Positions 28,901 through 40,056 of a stretch of 64,000 nucleotides of DNA are shown here, one piece after another. Below the pieces are notes generated by a model that was not told where the DNA came from, ran no database searches, and saw nothing but the letters and a program-made list of their open reading frames with translations. Source of the DNA: Verrucomicrobiales bacterium (GTDB lineage: Bacteria > Verrucomicrobiota > Verrucomicrobiia > Verrucomicrobiales > DEV007); NCBI GenBank assembly GCA_965224535.1, contig CBDCZR010000019.1, positions 271,527-335,526 on the forward strand, given 5' to 3'. How positions within the stretch are numbered: position 1 is the first letter of the stretch; each line of letters begins with the position of its first letter. The position numbers and the translations under genes were made by a program.

Positions 28901-30965
28901 CAAACTGTGCGGCGCCTTCTTCCCGCGATAGCTCAAGGTTTCGTGCTTTTAGTGTGGCTTTGACCTGATTCAGTTGCGCGTAAATCGTGGAGATTTGATC
29001 GACGATTTGCGTAGTTTGCGTGGCATCCTCGATCTTGAGATTTCCGACGATATCGATCAACATTTCCAACTCGCCGGCAGCCTCGTTTAGGCCCGTTTCG
29101 ATCTCCTCAGCCTCAACCACCTTTTTAATCTTCGCGATTGCGGCTTCGCGGTCAGCGACGCGCTTGCGATAGGGCTCGAGAGCAGCATCGGTTTGCAGGA
29201 AATCCACGCATTTTCGTGAGATCGCCTCCGACGCTTCTGCAACGTCGGCCTCCATGGCGCCGACACGGTCCAAGTTCACGTAGCGGATGTCCCGCAGCGA
29301 GATCAATTCCCCGCGCAATTCGCGCAAATCCCCTAAAATGTGAACGAATCCCAGGATATCGTCCGGCATCATGTGCTTAGCCTTGCCAACAATCTCGGTT
29401 GTGCGTTTGGAGAGCCTTCCCGTCTCCTCGCCGGCTGTTTTGCGCAAGCGCACCACCTTTTCAAACTCGGAGATCGCCGCTTCAGCCGCGGATTTAACAT
29501 CCATCAGCGGAACCTTCAGTTGATGGGTTTCCGGCCGGCCGATCCAAAAGTAGCTATCGCAAATATCCCCGGATCGCTTCGCCAAATCGAGATACAACCC
29601 CTCAAACGAGTCGTCTTTGGCCAAGAGCGTTAGAATCTCCTGACATTCCGCCATGCACCGTACCAAATCCGCGTTGCCGATTTTGTAGAGATAAGTGCCG
29701 GTTTTCTCTTTATTTGCGATGCTGCCTGCATCGCTAACATACGGTGTCTGCCATACCTGGAGAACGTGATGTTTTTGCGGATTGCTTTCCGCCTTGAAAT
29801 AGACCAGCTCACCGTTGGAAAATATCGTGAAACCGTGGCAAACAATCGGGGTTTCGACGTTTTGGGTGATGATGTTGTAGGATAGCAGCGTGTATTGCCC
29901 CGAACGCCGGTTGTAGAAGACAAAAAGGTGGTCTTCGCCGTTGGGAGACGCAATCCGGCGCTCGAAGAGCATATTCTCCAGATCGCTGTCAAAAACCTTG
30001 ACCTCGCCAATCTGCAACAGGTAACCGTTGGCGAAAATCAGGCCATGATCGTCCGGCAGCAACACGCAAGAGTCCCGAATCCCCGGGACGGAATAGACCT
30101 TGCGGATCTTCTCGTTGTAGACCAGGTAGCGGTAGTCTTTTTCCTGATAGGGCAGGATTTTTAGCAGAATCAGGCTACCCACGCACGCGTAGAAGATTTC
30201 GGCGTCGTCCAGGGTTTGATCGGCGGCCGCAACAGCCTCGGCGTAGATTCCTTCGCCCGTGTCGGTATTGTCCTCAATTTTGATGGTCAGGTCTCCCCCA
30301 ACCGTTTCCACAAATATCCGGTCTTCGATGGAAATATGGGGATGTTCTCCGTAGCGGTGAAGGTCCCGGTGGGCGCGTTTCCACACAAACTCCTGCTGGG
30401 GCGGGAAAACGTACTCATGGTCGAATCGGTTGCCCAGATAGTGCAATTCGCCGTCGGCTAGAGCCCACTTGAACACCTTGACGTCCGCCACTTCTCGTCC
30501 CACGCGAAAGGCCATGAAAAGATGCGGGCCTGCGATCATAAACTTTGCGAAAACAGCCTGCCGATAATATTTGTAGAGGTAGGCGAAATCGCGCTCGAAT
30601 TGTTCGTCGCGAATCAAATCCAGGCCAACCTGATGGAAGCTATGATCCGCTGCCTCATAGCGATAAACCGCGAAGACGTCTGAGAGTTCTGTCTGCAATT
30701 TCAGCCCCAAATGTACGTTGTAACCAAACAAGAACAGGTTTCCGCCGCAGGCCACCATATCACGCGGAACACAATTATGTTGCGTGGTGATCCGCTCCGT
30801 GCCAACCAGGCTTGCCTCAATAGCGCCAAATACTTCCTGCCGGTCCGCGTTCAGGCTGGCAAGCCGCTTCCGAAGCTGCGCGCCGTGAGTTTCGAGGCGC
30901 CCACGAATTATTTCGTAGGCGCCCCCTTCAAGCGCAGCAGGTTTTTCTGCGTTTTCCTCTGCCAT
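25953..30965 (-). CDS. giant (1670 aa) protein with a MoxR/AAA_5-like AAA+ ATPase core; flotillin-operon partner
   Basis: Walker A LLISPPGYGKTT, Walker B IMIYLDDIQH, and a MoxR-like sensor segment VAVVMAGNPYTESGGKFQIPDMLANRADTYNL near residues 1240-1400. The ~1200-aa N-terminal part has no recognised motif and includes a coiled-coil-like E/K/L-rich segment. Starts 9 bp after the flotillin stop. Confidence 0.8.
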   Translation of the reverse strand: MAEENAEKPAALEGGAYEIIRGRLETHGAQLRKRLASLNADRQEVFGAIEASLVGTERITTQHNCVPRDMVACGGNLFLFGYNVHLGLKLQTELSDVFAVYRYEAADHSFHQVGLDLIRDEQFERDFAYLYKYYRQAVFAKFMIAGPHLFMAFRVGREVADVKVFKWALADGELHYLGNRFDHEYVFPPQQEFVWKRAHRDLHRYGEHPHISIEDRIFVETVGGDLTIKIEDNTDTGEGIYAEAVAAADQTLDDAEIFYACVGSLILLKILPYQEKDYRYLVYNEKIRKVYSVPGIRDSCVLLPDDHGLIFANGYLLQIGEVKVFDSDLENMLFERRIASPNGEDHLFVFYNRRSGQYTLLSYNIITQNVETPIVCHGFTIFSNGELVYFKAESNPQKHHVLQVWQTPYVSDAGSIANKEKTGTYLYKIGNADLVRCMAECQEILTLLAKDDSFEGLYLDLAKRSGDICDSYFWIGRPETHQLKVPLMDVKSAAEAAISEFEKVVRLRKTAGEETGRLSKRTTEIVGKAKHMMPDDILGFVHILGDLRELRGELISLRDIRYVNLDRVGAMEADVAEASEAISRKCVDFLQTDAALEPYRKRVADREAAIAKIKKVVEAEEIETGLNEAAGELEMLIDIVGNLKIEDATQTTQIVDQISTIYAQLNQVKATLKARNLELSREEGAAQFGAKLKLLNQAVVNYLDLCSTPEKCEEFLTKAMIQLEELEGEISEFDEYVEQIGEKRDEIYNAFESRKLSLTEARNRRAGTLMKSGERILTGIRHRVEQFESINEINGYLAGDLMVEKIRNVIADLKVLGDTVKAGDLQTQLNSLREESVRQLKDRKELYVDGKNVIQFGEHKFSVNNQELELTVVPHDEQMCLHLTGTGFFEAIEEEEFLETSDIWDQSVLSENGEVYRAEYLAYQYIQTHPAGAATLEDVQRFAATRYDEGYTKGVHDRDALKLIKKLLTLREKVGLLRYNSKARALGLLFWECWSDGDAKALSEAKLLAFGDMQNTFGANGTAPADHVGDLVRGIRDSGLSGDSLLVEEAAEYLFHELSTPKEFTVSREASDLVTHFKTAIAGKQAEKTFQEAQAPLKANPRARYAVILDWVRGFLATGHEPEIEADFAEEAAVHLLRGGFRKKDVVKTNLAAKLSGFSGSHPAIGNGGTYAFHFNRFIDKLRRFDREIVPKFRSYSRLKTQLVEKTRETMRLQEFKPRVMSAFVRNRLIDQVYLPLAGANLAKQLGTAGEDSRTDRMGLLLLISPPGYGKTTLMEYIANRLGITFIKVNGPAIGHNVTSLDPNEAPNASAREEVDKLNLALEMGDNIMIYLDDIQHCHPEFLQKFISLCDAQRKMEGVWKGEAKTYDLRGKKVAVVMAGNPYTESGGKFQIPDMLANRADTYNLGDIIGGHGSAFKASYIENALTYNAVLSKLAARSQQDVYAVMKIAETGTQEGIDFQGNYAVEEIDELVDVTRKLFRVRDTILRVNQQYIASAAQQDEYRTEPAFRLQGSYRNMNRIAERVLALMTEKEVEALIMDHYENEAQNLTTGAEANLLKFREMEGILTPQEAKRWEDIKAKFQRNLLMGGGGENDPVSRVVGQLAVFGEGLERIREALEGASQPKLAESTLQQLEAIIRGIRSVPVDVEVKIVPSNGDDPVVETQIQQGKG

Positions 30966-30974
30966 GACGTTGTG

Positions 30975-33026
30975 TTAGCTGGTTAAGCGGCGAATCACTT
31001 TTTCCGCCTTTTCATCGGCCAGGCCAAAGCGTTCGGCGGCGCCCAACAGCATCTGGAGCTTGTTTCGGGTCCCGTTGTCATCGTTCGAAGCCGCCACCAT
31101 TTGGCTCAAAACCGCGGAGATGGTTAGATTTTTGAGATCCTCGCTGGAGAACCCGAATTGCTCCACCCAGTTGCGCATTTGCGCCTTAAAATAGTCGGGA
31201 TCAGAGCTAAAAAAGGTCTCTTTTACGTCGGTTAGTGCGGCGCTGTTGTTCACCAGGCGATCGACAGCTTTGCCGTTCATGATCGACTTGGTGATTTTAT
31301 CGAAAAACTCCGTTTCACCGCCCACAATGTCAATACGAGCGCTCTTCAGCGCTTCGCCGACGATCATTGCTTGTTCGGCGGCGACATCGCGGCGGATGTT
31401 GATCTCGGCAAGCTCGATTTCCTTTTGTTTTTCCAGTTCGAGCTTGAATTCTTCGTGCTCGCGCCCCACCTCGTCGAAGAGCTTCATCGCTTCGGCTTTT
31501 TCGTTAATGCTATTGGCCTCAGCTTCGCCTTGAGCGCGAATCACATCAGCTTCCCCAAGCCCTTCGGCAGCCGATTCGGCGGCAATGGCCTCGGCAAGCA
31601 TCTTTTTCGCTGTTGCCTCTTTTTCCGCGGCGGTTTGTTGGGCTTCGGCTTCAATCACAACTTCCTCAGCGTGCAATTCCGCAGCGGTTTTGCCGGCCTC
31701 GGCGTCTTTCACGCGGACGTATAAGTCCTGATCGGCCTCCAACTTTGCGGCCTCCTGTTTCGCCTCGGCTTCCTTGATCGTTTTGACCAATTCTTCTTGA
31801 GCTTCCTTTTCCGCCTGGGTAATGGCGACTTGTTTTTCCCGTTCGGCAGTGGCGTGTGCCTCGGTATCCAGGACGCGTTGTTGTTCTTCAACAACTGTCT
31901 TCTCCAAGGCCACGCGTTCTTTTATTACTTGCTGGATGTCGCGCTTTTCGCCTTCCACCGCTTTATCACGCTCGATCGCCTTCAACTGCGTGACTCGCTC
32001 GCGGTCGATTACTTCCATTTCGCGGTCCCGCTCGACGCGTTCCAGTTCCACCGCGTCGGTCCGCTCCTTGTTGCGTTGCGCGACCAGAACGGTGCGCTCT
32101 TTGTTCTCTTGCGCGACGTGTGCTTCTTCTTCAGCGGCGATCCGGGCCTGTTCTTCGCGTAGCCATTGCTCGTGTTTGACTTGTTCGGATTCCGCTTTCT
32201 CGCGCGCTTGCACCACGGCAATTTCCCGCCCTTGCTTGGCCTCGGTTTCGGCCAACTGACGTTCGAGTTCCAAAATCGCCTCGCGCGCCTCCACGTCTTG
32301 TTGTTTGATAACGCGTTCCTCATCCCGGCGAGCGAAGTTGGCGCCTTTTTTCTCCTGCGCGGTTTGTTCGGTGATTTTTCGGATGCCTTCGGAATCCAAG
32401 ACGTTGTCCGGATCCAGGTCCTCGATCGGCGTTTGTTCCAAATGGTCGATTGCCGCGTCATCAAGGACAAAACCGTTCAGATCGGTGCCAATGACCTTGA
32501 GAATCTCGCTGCGGAAGGTATCGCGCTCTTGATACAAATCGACGAAGTTAAACTGCTTGCCGACAGTTTTAAGCGCTTCGGAAAATTTGGCGTCAAAAAG
32601 CGCCCGAATCTCTGCTTCGCTCGAAGCGCGGTCGCAGCCGATGGATTGCGCGACTTTCAGGACGTCTTCCTTGGCGTTGTTGACGCGAACGAAGAATTTC
32701 ACCTTGATGTCTGCGCGGATGTTATCCTTACAAATGAGGCCGTGACCGTGTTTGCCGGAGCGATCGATTTCCACGCTTTTTAACGATATATCGATCGATT
32801 CCGCCCGGTGAACGACCGGCACAACAAAAATGCCGTCAAAGGCGATTTCCGTGCCGCCCATTCCGGTCCGAACAAGCGCCGTGCCTTTCTTAACCTTGCG
32901 GTAAAGCGTGGCGTAGAGGATGCCGGCGGCTAGAACAAAGAACAGGATAGCTCCAAGAACGGCAGCGATCATTGTTCCGACAAATCCCAGCATGGGCTGG
33001 ATTTCCACAAGTGCGTATATTGGCAT
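30975..33026 (-). CDS. flotillin / SPFH (band 7) family protein (YqiK-like) with a long E/A/K/R-rich coiled coil
   Basis: N-terminal TM helix plus SPFH region (GTALVRTGMGGTEIAFDGIFVVPVVHRAESIDISLKSVEIDR...); ~350 aa of EAxxK heptads; flotillin C-terminal region. Confidence 0.85.
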   Translation of the reverse strand: MPIYALVEIQPMLGFVGTMIAAVLGAILFFVLAAGILYATLYRKVKKGTALVRTGMGGTEIAFDGIFVVPVVHRAESIDISLKSVEIDRSGKHGHGLICKDNIRADIKVKFFVRVNNAKEDVLKVAQSIGCDRASSEAEIRALFDAKFSEALKTVGKQFNFVDLYQERDTFRSEILKVIGTDLNGFVLDDAAIDHLEQTPIEDLDPDNVLDSEGIRKITEQTAQEKKGANFARRDEERVIKQQDVEAREAILELERQLAETEAKQGREIAVVQAREKAESEQVKHEQWLREEQARIAAEEEAHVAQENKERTVLVAQRNKERTDAVELERVERDREMEVIDRERVTQLKAIERDKAVEGEKRDIQQVIKERVALEKTVVEEQQRVLDTEAHATAEREKQVAITQAEKEAQEELVKTIKEAEAKQEAAKLEADQDLYVRVKDAEAGKTAAELHAEEVVIEAEAQQTAAEKEATAKKMLAEAIAAESAAEGLGEADVIRAQGEAEANSINEKAEAMKLFDEVGREHEEFKLELEKQKEIELAEINIRRDVAAEQAMIVGEALKSARIDIVGGETEFFDKITKSIMNGKAVDRLVNNSAALTDVKETFFSSDPDYFKAQMRNWVEQFGFSSEDLKNLTISAVLSQMVAASNDDNGTRNKLQMLLGAAERFGLADEKAEKVIRRLTS

Positions 33027-33038
33027 TTTCTATTTGGG

Positions 33039-33722
33039 TTACGATGTTATTTCCGATTCTGGCTTCAGGGACCGGACGGTGTACCAATCCGAGTTTTCCT
33101 CCTTCGCCACGACTAAAATGGATGTGCCCTTGGGCAGGCTTTTGCCTTCGACAGATAGACGCGCGTTTAAAAGCAAGGGTGCGCCTTCTGCCTCTACTTC
33201 CACCTGGCCGAACTCGTGATCCAAATTTGGCGAACGCACAAATCCGGAGCGTCCAATGACCGGTTCCTGCTTTTCCGCGGATTTGATCATTCTTCCGAAA
33301 GGTTTCAGCGGTATGGTGAGCCACTTTGCGGATAACACGCCCACGATTATAGCGCCAAACGCGACCGCGGCAGCTATCATTCCATCATGGGAGGGGTTCA
33401 GATAGTGATTGCCCAAAAGGTTGGCGGCCCAGGTAAACAAGGTAAGTAGCGATAACACCAAAATGATGGGCACGTCAGACGCGTTCATGAAATTCATCAT
33501 CGATTGAATGATGCCCGGTCCGCCGGTTTCTCCGTCATTGCTATCGGCGCCCTCTACGCTGGCGTCACCATCTATTTCGGTATCGACTTGCAACAGACCA
33601 TCCAGCATCTCAAAGTCCAGTGCGCCCAACATAGCGATGAGCCAATATAAAATGACACAACCCAGGAGAATGGTAAACGGCATGTTATGCGGTAGAATGG
33701 CTTCTTGAAGAAATTCTCTCAT
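33039..33722 (-). CDS. NfeD/YqiJ-like membrane protein (TM helices plus C-terminal OB-fold-like beta domain)
   Basis: Hydrophobic helices (ILLGCVILYWLIAMLGAL, IILVLSLLTLFTWAANLL, AAVAFGAIIVGVL) followed by a beta-rich C-terminus VEVEAEGAPLLLNARLSVEGKSLPKGTSILVVAKEENSDWYTVRSL. Sits 12 bp upstream of the flotillin gene, as in the E. coli yqiJ-yqiK arrangement. Confidence 0.65.
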   Translation of the reverse strand: MREFLQEAILPHNMPFTILLGCVILYWLIAMLGALDFEMLDGLLQVDTEIDGDASVEGADSNDGETGGPGIIQSMMNFMNASDVPIILVLSLLTLFTWAANLLGNHYLNPSHDGMIAAAVAFGAIIVGVLSAKWLTIPLKPFGRMIKSAEKQEPVIGRSGFVRSPNLDHEFGQVEVEAEGAPLLLNARLSVEGKSLPKGTSILVVAKEENSDWYTVRSLKPESEITS

Positions 33723-33868
33723 GGTGTGATTAGGAAGAATGGATTTTTGGGATTCCAGCGGCGCTATTCTGCTACACTTTTGACGGCTATGCCAATTATA
33801 ATTGATTTACTCTATTGTAACTAGCTTTCTTTGTTCGTGAGCGCACTGGCAAATCACGATTGGAGTAA

Positions 33869-35959
<2,091 letters not shown>

Positions 35960-35996
35960 GTCAGGCTAGGTCAGGTGACCACATCGCCCGAATTTG

Positions 35997-37778
35997 TTAC
36001 TTCCCTTCAACGGAACGAACGTGCTCGAGGAACTTGGCGGCTTCCTCTTTCACAACGGGCAGCAGCAGGTAAAGGCCCACCATGTTGGGGATGACCATGG
36101 CAAAAACCAACGCGTCGGAGAGATTGATGACGTTGTTGAGCGAGGCGGAGGCACCGACGATGATGAGCAGGCAAAAGACGACCTTGTAGACCAGCACGCA
36201 GGTGTTTGGCGCGTTGGGCCCGAAGGCGTTGCTGAGGAAGGTGCGCGCCAGGTAGCGCACGCCTTGCTCGCCGTAGTAGGACCAGGAGATCATGGTGGAA
36301 AACGCGAACAGAAGCACGGCGATGGATAGCAGCTTGGGAAACCAATCGATGCGTTTTTTAAACGCCATGGAGGTGGTGTTGATGCCTTTCAAGTCGCTGA
36401 CGGCCGAGGCGGGAATCCACCCTTGCTCAACGGGCGTCTCCGTGTAATCCGGGGAGACCAGGCCGATGACTTGCACCCATTCCTCCGGCTCGCCTCCGTC
36501 TGCCTCAAGAACCTGGGTGTCTTTTAGGTGGACGAACTGACCCGCGTTCAACTCTTGGCCCGCTTGCTCGTGGGCGGGATCGGCAACCATTTGCACGCCA
36601 CCCTCTTTGACCTCGCCGCTAACAATCCAGGTGCCGGAAATGACGATGACCAGCGCAGTCATGGTGCACACCACCACGGTATCGGTAAACGGTTCCAGCA
36701 AGGCAACGAATCCCTCGCTGGCGGGCCGGTCGGTCTTTACCGCGGAATGGGCGATGGGCGCCGAACCCAGCCCGGCTTCGTTGGAAAAAGCCGCTCGCTT
36801 GATGCCTTGGATGAGGACGCCAACGATTCCGCCGGCAATGGCTTTAGCGCTAAAAGCTCCACCAACAATGGCCGCGAAGGCAGGGCCGACTTGGTCCAGA
36901 TTTCCCAGGATAATTACCAGGGCGGTAAGGATGTAACCCGCGCACATGAATGGTACCAAGATGGAGGTTACCCGGGCAATCCAGACGATGCCGCCAATGA
37001 TGACCGCCGCGACTAAAATCGCCATCACCACCCCGAATATCACCGGCGAAAGGCCGTTTGCCCAGCTTTGCTCGAATTGGTCGAAGGATTGGTTGGCCTG
37101 AAACATGTTGCCGGCCCCAAACGCACCGCCAATGACGAAAATCGCGAAAAATACCGCCAAAATGCCACCCAGCGTCCCCAGGCCCTTTTCGTTTAGCCCA
37201 TCGCGCAAGTAATACATCGCCCCGCCGCGCACTTTGCCGTTTTCGTCGATTTTTCGATATTTCACCCCCAACGTACACTCGGCGAATTTGGTGCTCATGC
37301 CAAAGAGCCCCATCAAGATCATCCAAAACGTCGCGCCAGGTCCTCCAAGGCCGATAGCCACGGCAACACCGGCGATGTTGCCGAGTCCCACCGTCGCCGA
37401 CAGCGCCGCGCTGAGCGCCTGAAAGTGGGTGATTTCGCCGGGTGCATCCGGCGGGGTGTATTTTCCCTTCGCCGTTCGAATGGCGACCCCAAAGCAGCGC
37501 AGATTCACGAAACCGAAGTAAATCGTCACGAAAATCGCCGTTCCTCCCAGGATGATGAGGATAATGGGCAAGTTTTGTCCGGCGATTTTGATGGGGAAGA
37601 AGATGATCTTGCCGGCAATGTTGGAAATCGGCCCCATGCCCTTGTCGATGCTGAGGCTGATTTGCTCGAGCATTCCCGGCTCGGCCGGTTTGGCAGACTC
37701 CTCGGCCAGTGTTAGGGGAGCGAGAACCATGCTCGATAGCAAAACGAGGGCGGCAATTGAGTTGCGGGAATATTTCAT
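35997..37778 (-). CDS. alanine/glycine:cation symporter (AGCS family) with an N-terminal extension
   Basis: GEITHFQALSAALSATVGLGNIAGVAVAIGLGGPGATFWMILMGLFGMSTKFAECTLGVKYR matches the AGCS family; 593 aa with a signal-like N-terminus. Confidence 0.85.
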   Translation of the reverse strand: MKYSRNSIAALVLLSSMVLAPLTLAEESAKPAEPGMLEQISLSIDKGMGPISNIAGKIIFFPIKIAGQNLPIILIILGGTAIFVTIYFGFVNLRCFGVAIRTAKGKYTPPDAPGEITHFQALSAALSATVGLGNIAGVAVAIGLGGPGATFWMILMGLFGMSTKFAECTLGVKYRKIDENGKVRGGAMYYLRDGLNEKGLGTLGGILAVFFAIFVIGGAFGAGNMFQANQSFDQFEQSWANGLSPVIFGVVMAILVAAVIIGGIVWIARVTSILVPFMCAGYILTALVIILGNLDQVGPAFAAIVGGAFSAKAIAGGIVGVLIQGIKRAAFSNEAGLGSAPIAHSAVKTDRPASEGFVALLEPFTDTVVVCTMTALVIVISGTWIVSGEVKEGGVQMVADPAHEQAGQELNAGQFVHLKDTQVLEADGGEPEEWVQVIGLVSPDYTETPVEQGWIPASAVSDLKGINTTSMAFKKRIDWFPKLLSIAVLLFAFSTMISWSYYGEQGVRYLARTFLSNAFGPNAPNTCVLVYKVVFCLLIIVGASASLNNVINLSDALVFAMVIPNMVGLYLLLPVVKEEAAKFLEHVRSVEGK

Positions 37779-37892
37779 CGGACCGGAAAAATTTCGGCAA
37801 TCCTAAGGACTCCTGCCGACCCTGACAACCAGAAAAACCACCGATCCGAGTCGCCGGTTGCGTCAGCCCGGGCGCTCGATAAAATTTGCCGA

Positions 37893-39941
37893 ATGATCCG
37901 GCTCACCACCATCCTCACCGCGGCCGTTTTCTGGAATTTTGCCGCCGCAGCGAAAGAATACGACGTCGTCGTCTACGGCGGCAATTCAGCGGCGATTTCC
38001 GCGGCCGTGCAGGCCAAGAGAATGGGGAAATCCGTCGTCGTCGTCAGCCCGGACAAGCACCTCGGCGGGTTGACCAGCGGCGGGCTGGGTTGGACCGACA
38101 GCGGGCGCAAAGAGGCCGTTGGCGGGATTTCGCGCGAGTTTTATCAGCGGCTCAAGCGCCACTACGACCAGCCCCAGGCCTGGAAATTCCAAAAACCGGC
38201 TGAGTATTCGCGTTACCGCAAGGACGACGACGCCATGTGGGTGTTTGAGCCCGGCGTGGCTGAAGCTGCGTTCGAGGCGCTGGTCGAGGAACACGGCATC
38301 CCCGTTTTGCGCGAGGAATGGCTGAATCGCGAAAATGGCGTGGTTAAGGCCGGCGGACGCATCGCATCCATCGCCACGTTGAGCGGCAAAACCCTCGCCG
38401 GGCGCGTTTTTCTGGATTGCACCTACGAGGGCGACCTGATGGCCGCCGCGGGCGTCTCCTTCACCGTCGGGCGCGAGGCAAATTCCGTCTATCGCGAGAC
38501 GCTGAACGGCGTGCAGATCGAAAACGCGCGCAAGCATCAGTTTGACTACCCGGTCTCCGCCTACGTGAAGCCGGGCGACCCGAAAAGCGGGCTGTTGCCG
38601 CGAATTTCCGCGGATCCGCCGGGCGTTCAAGGCCAGGGAGATCACCGCGTCCAGGCCTACAATTTTCGCATGTGCCTGACGCAGGTTCCTGAGAACCGCG
38701 TGCCCTTTCCCAAGCCGCAGGGCTACGATCCCGGCCAATACGCGTTGGTCGCCCGTTACCTGGAAGGCGGTTGGGACCAGGTTTTTCGCAAATTCGACCC
38801 CGCGCCGAACGCAAAGACCGACACGAACAATCACGGCGCGTTTTCCACCGACAACATTGGGTTGAACTACGACTACCCGGAGGCGAGCTACGAGCGGCGC
38901 CGGGAGATCATTGCCGAGCACGAGCGTTACCAGCAGGGGCTGATGTATTTCCTGGCCAACGACCCCTCGGTCCGCCAAGACGTCCGCGAGCGCATGGCAA
39001 CCTGGGGCCTGGCCAAGGACGAATTTACCGACAACGGCCACTGGCCCCACCAAATTTACGTGCGCGAAGCCAGGCGCATGGTCGGCGACTTCGTCATGAC
39101 TGAAAACCACCTCCGCGCGCTGGTTCCCACCCCGGAATCGATCGGCATGGGCAGCTACAACATGGACTCGCACAACGTCCAGCGCTACGTGGACGGCAGC
39201 GGCAATGTTAGGAACGAGGGCGACATCCAGGTGAGCCCCGGCGGCCCCTATCCCATCAGCTACCGCGCCATCGTGCCAAAACGCAGCGAATGCACGAATC
39301 TCCTGGTCCCCGTCTGCGTTTCATCCTCACACATCGCCTACGGGTCCATTCGCATGGAGCCGGTTTTCATGATTTTGGGCCAAAGCGCGGCCACCGCGGC
39401 GGCAATGGCGTTGGACGCGGAAATTGACGTGCAAAGCGTCGATTACGCAAAATTGCGGCCACGCCTGCTAGAGGACGGCCAGGTTCTCGAAATGGCGCGC
39501 GCGCCTCACACTCCCAAAGTCACCATCGATCCAAAATCGCTGCCCGGCGTTGTTTTGGACAACGCAGCCGCCAAATTAACCGGCCAATGGACCAGCAGCT
39601 CCGTCTCAACCTGCGTTGGCGCAGACTACCTTCACGACGGCAACGAAGGCAAGGGCGAAAAATCCGCCCGCTGGGAGGCCAAACTCAAGCCCGGCCGCTA
39701 CGAAGTGCGCATCGCGCATTCACCGCACGGAAATCGGGCCACCAACGTGCCGGTCAGCGTGGTTCACGCCGGCGGCACGGCCAAGCTGACCTTAAACCAA
39801 AAGGCCGAGACCAAAATCGCCCCGTTTAGCAGCGTGGGAACCTTTGTCTTCGGCGCGGAGGGCGTGGTGGAAATTTCGACCAAGGGCACCAACGCGCACG
39901 TCATCATCGACGCGGTGCAGTTCTTGCCGGACGAACCGTGA
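37893..39941 (+). CDS. FAD-dependent oxidoreductase (FAD_oxidored family) with a C-terminal beta-rich, carbohydrate-binding-like domain
   Basis: YDVVVYGGNSAAISAAVQA...LGGLTSGGLGWTD dinucleotide-binding start; 682 aa; signal peptide. Confidence 0.75.
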   Translation: MIRLTTILTAAVFWNFAAAAKEYDVVVYGGNSAAISAAVQAKRMGKSVVVVSPDKHLGGLTSGGLGWTDSGRKEAVGGISREFYQRLKRHYDQPQAWKFQKPAEYSRYRKDDDAMWVFEPGVAEAAFEALVEEHGIPVLREEWLNRENGVVKAGGRIASIATLSGKTLAGRVFLDCTYEGDLMAAAGVSFTVGREANSVYRETLNGVQIENARKHQFDYPVSAYVKPGDPKSGLLPRISADPPGVQGQGDHRVQAYNFRMCLTQVPENRVPFPKPQGYDPGQYALVARYLEGGWDQVFRKFDPAPNAKTDTNNHGAFSTDNIGLNYDYPEASYERRREIIAEHERYQQGLMYFLANDPSVRQDVRERMATWGLAKDEFTDNGHWPHQIYVREARRMVGDFVMTENHLRALVPTPESIGMGSYNMDSHNVQRYVDGSGNVRNEGDIQVSPGGPYPISYRAIVPKRSECTNLLVPVCVSSSHIAYGSIRMEPVFMILGQSAATAAAMALDAEIDVQSVDYAKLRPRLLEDGQVLEMARAPHTPKVTIDPKSLPGVVLDNAAAKLTGQWTSSSVSTCVGADYLHDGNEGKGEKSARWEAKLKPGRYEVRIAHSPHGNRATNVPVSVVHAGGTAKLTLNQKAETKIAPFSSVGTFVFGAEGVVEISTKGTNAHVIIDAVQFLPDEP

Positions 39942-40056
39942 TCGGCAAAAAGGGACAAAAGGGACCTAAAGGACTGAAGGGACGTCGCTTGCGTCCCTTT
40001 CAATCCGTTGGGTGAAAAGGCGCCTTCCCGCCGCTCGTGTTCTAAAAAAGCAAGCC

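Noticed and set aside
36850-37800. 316-aa minus-strand Arg-rich ORF
   Set aside because: It is an alternative frame of the AGCS symporter gene.
37986-39173. 395-aa minus-strand ORF
   Set aside because: It is antisense to the FAD-dependent oxidoreductase and has no motif.
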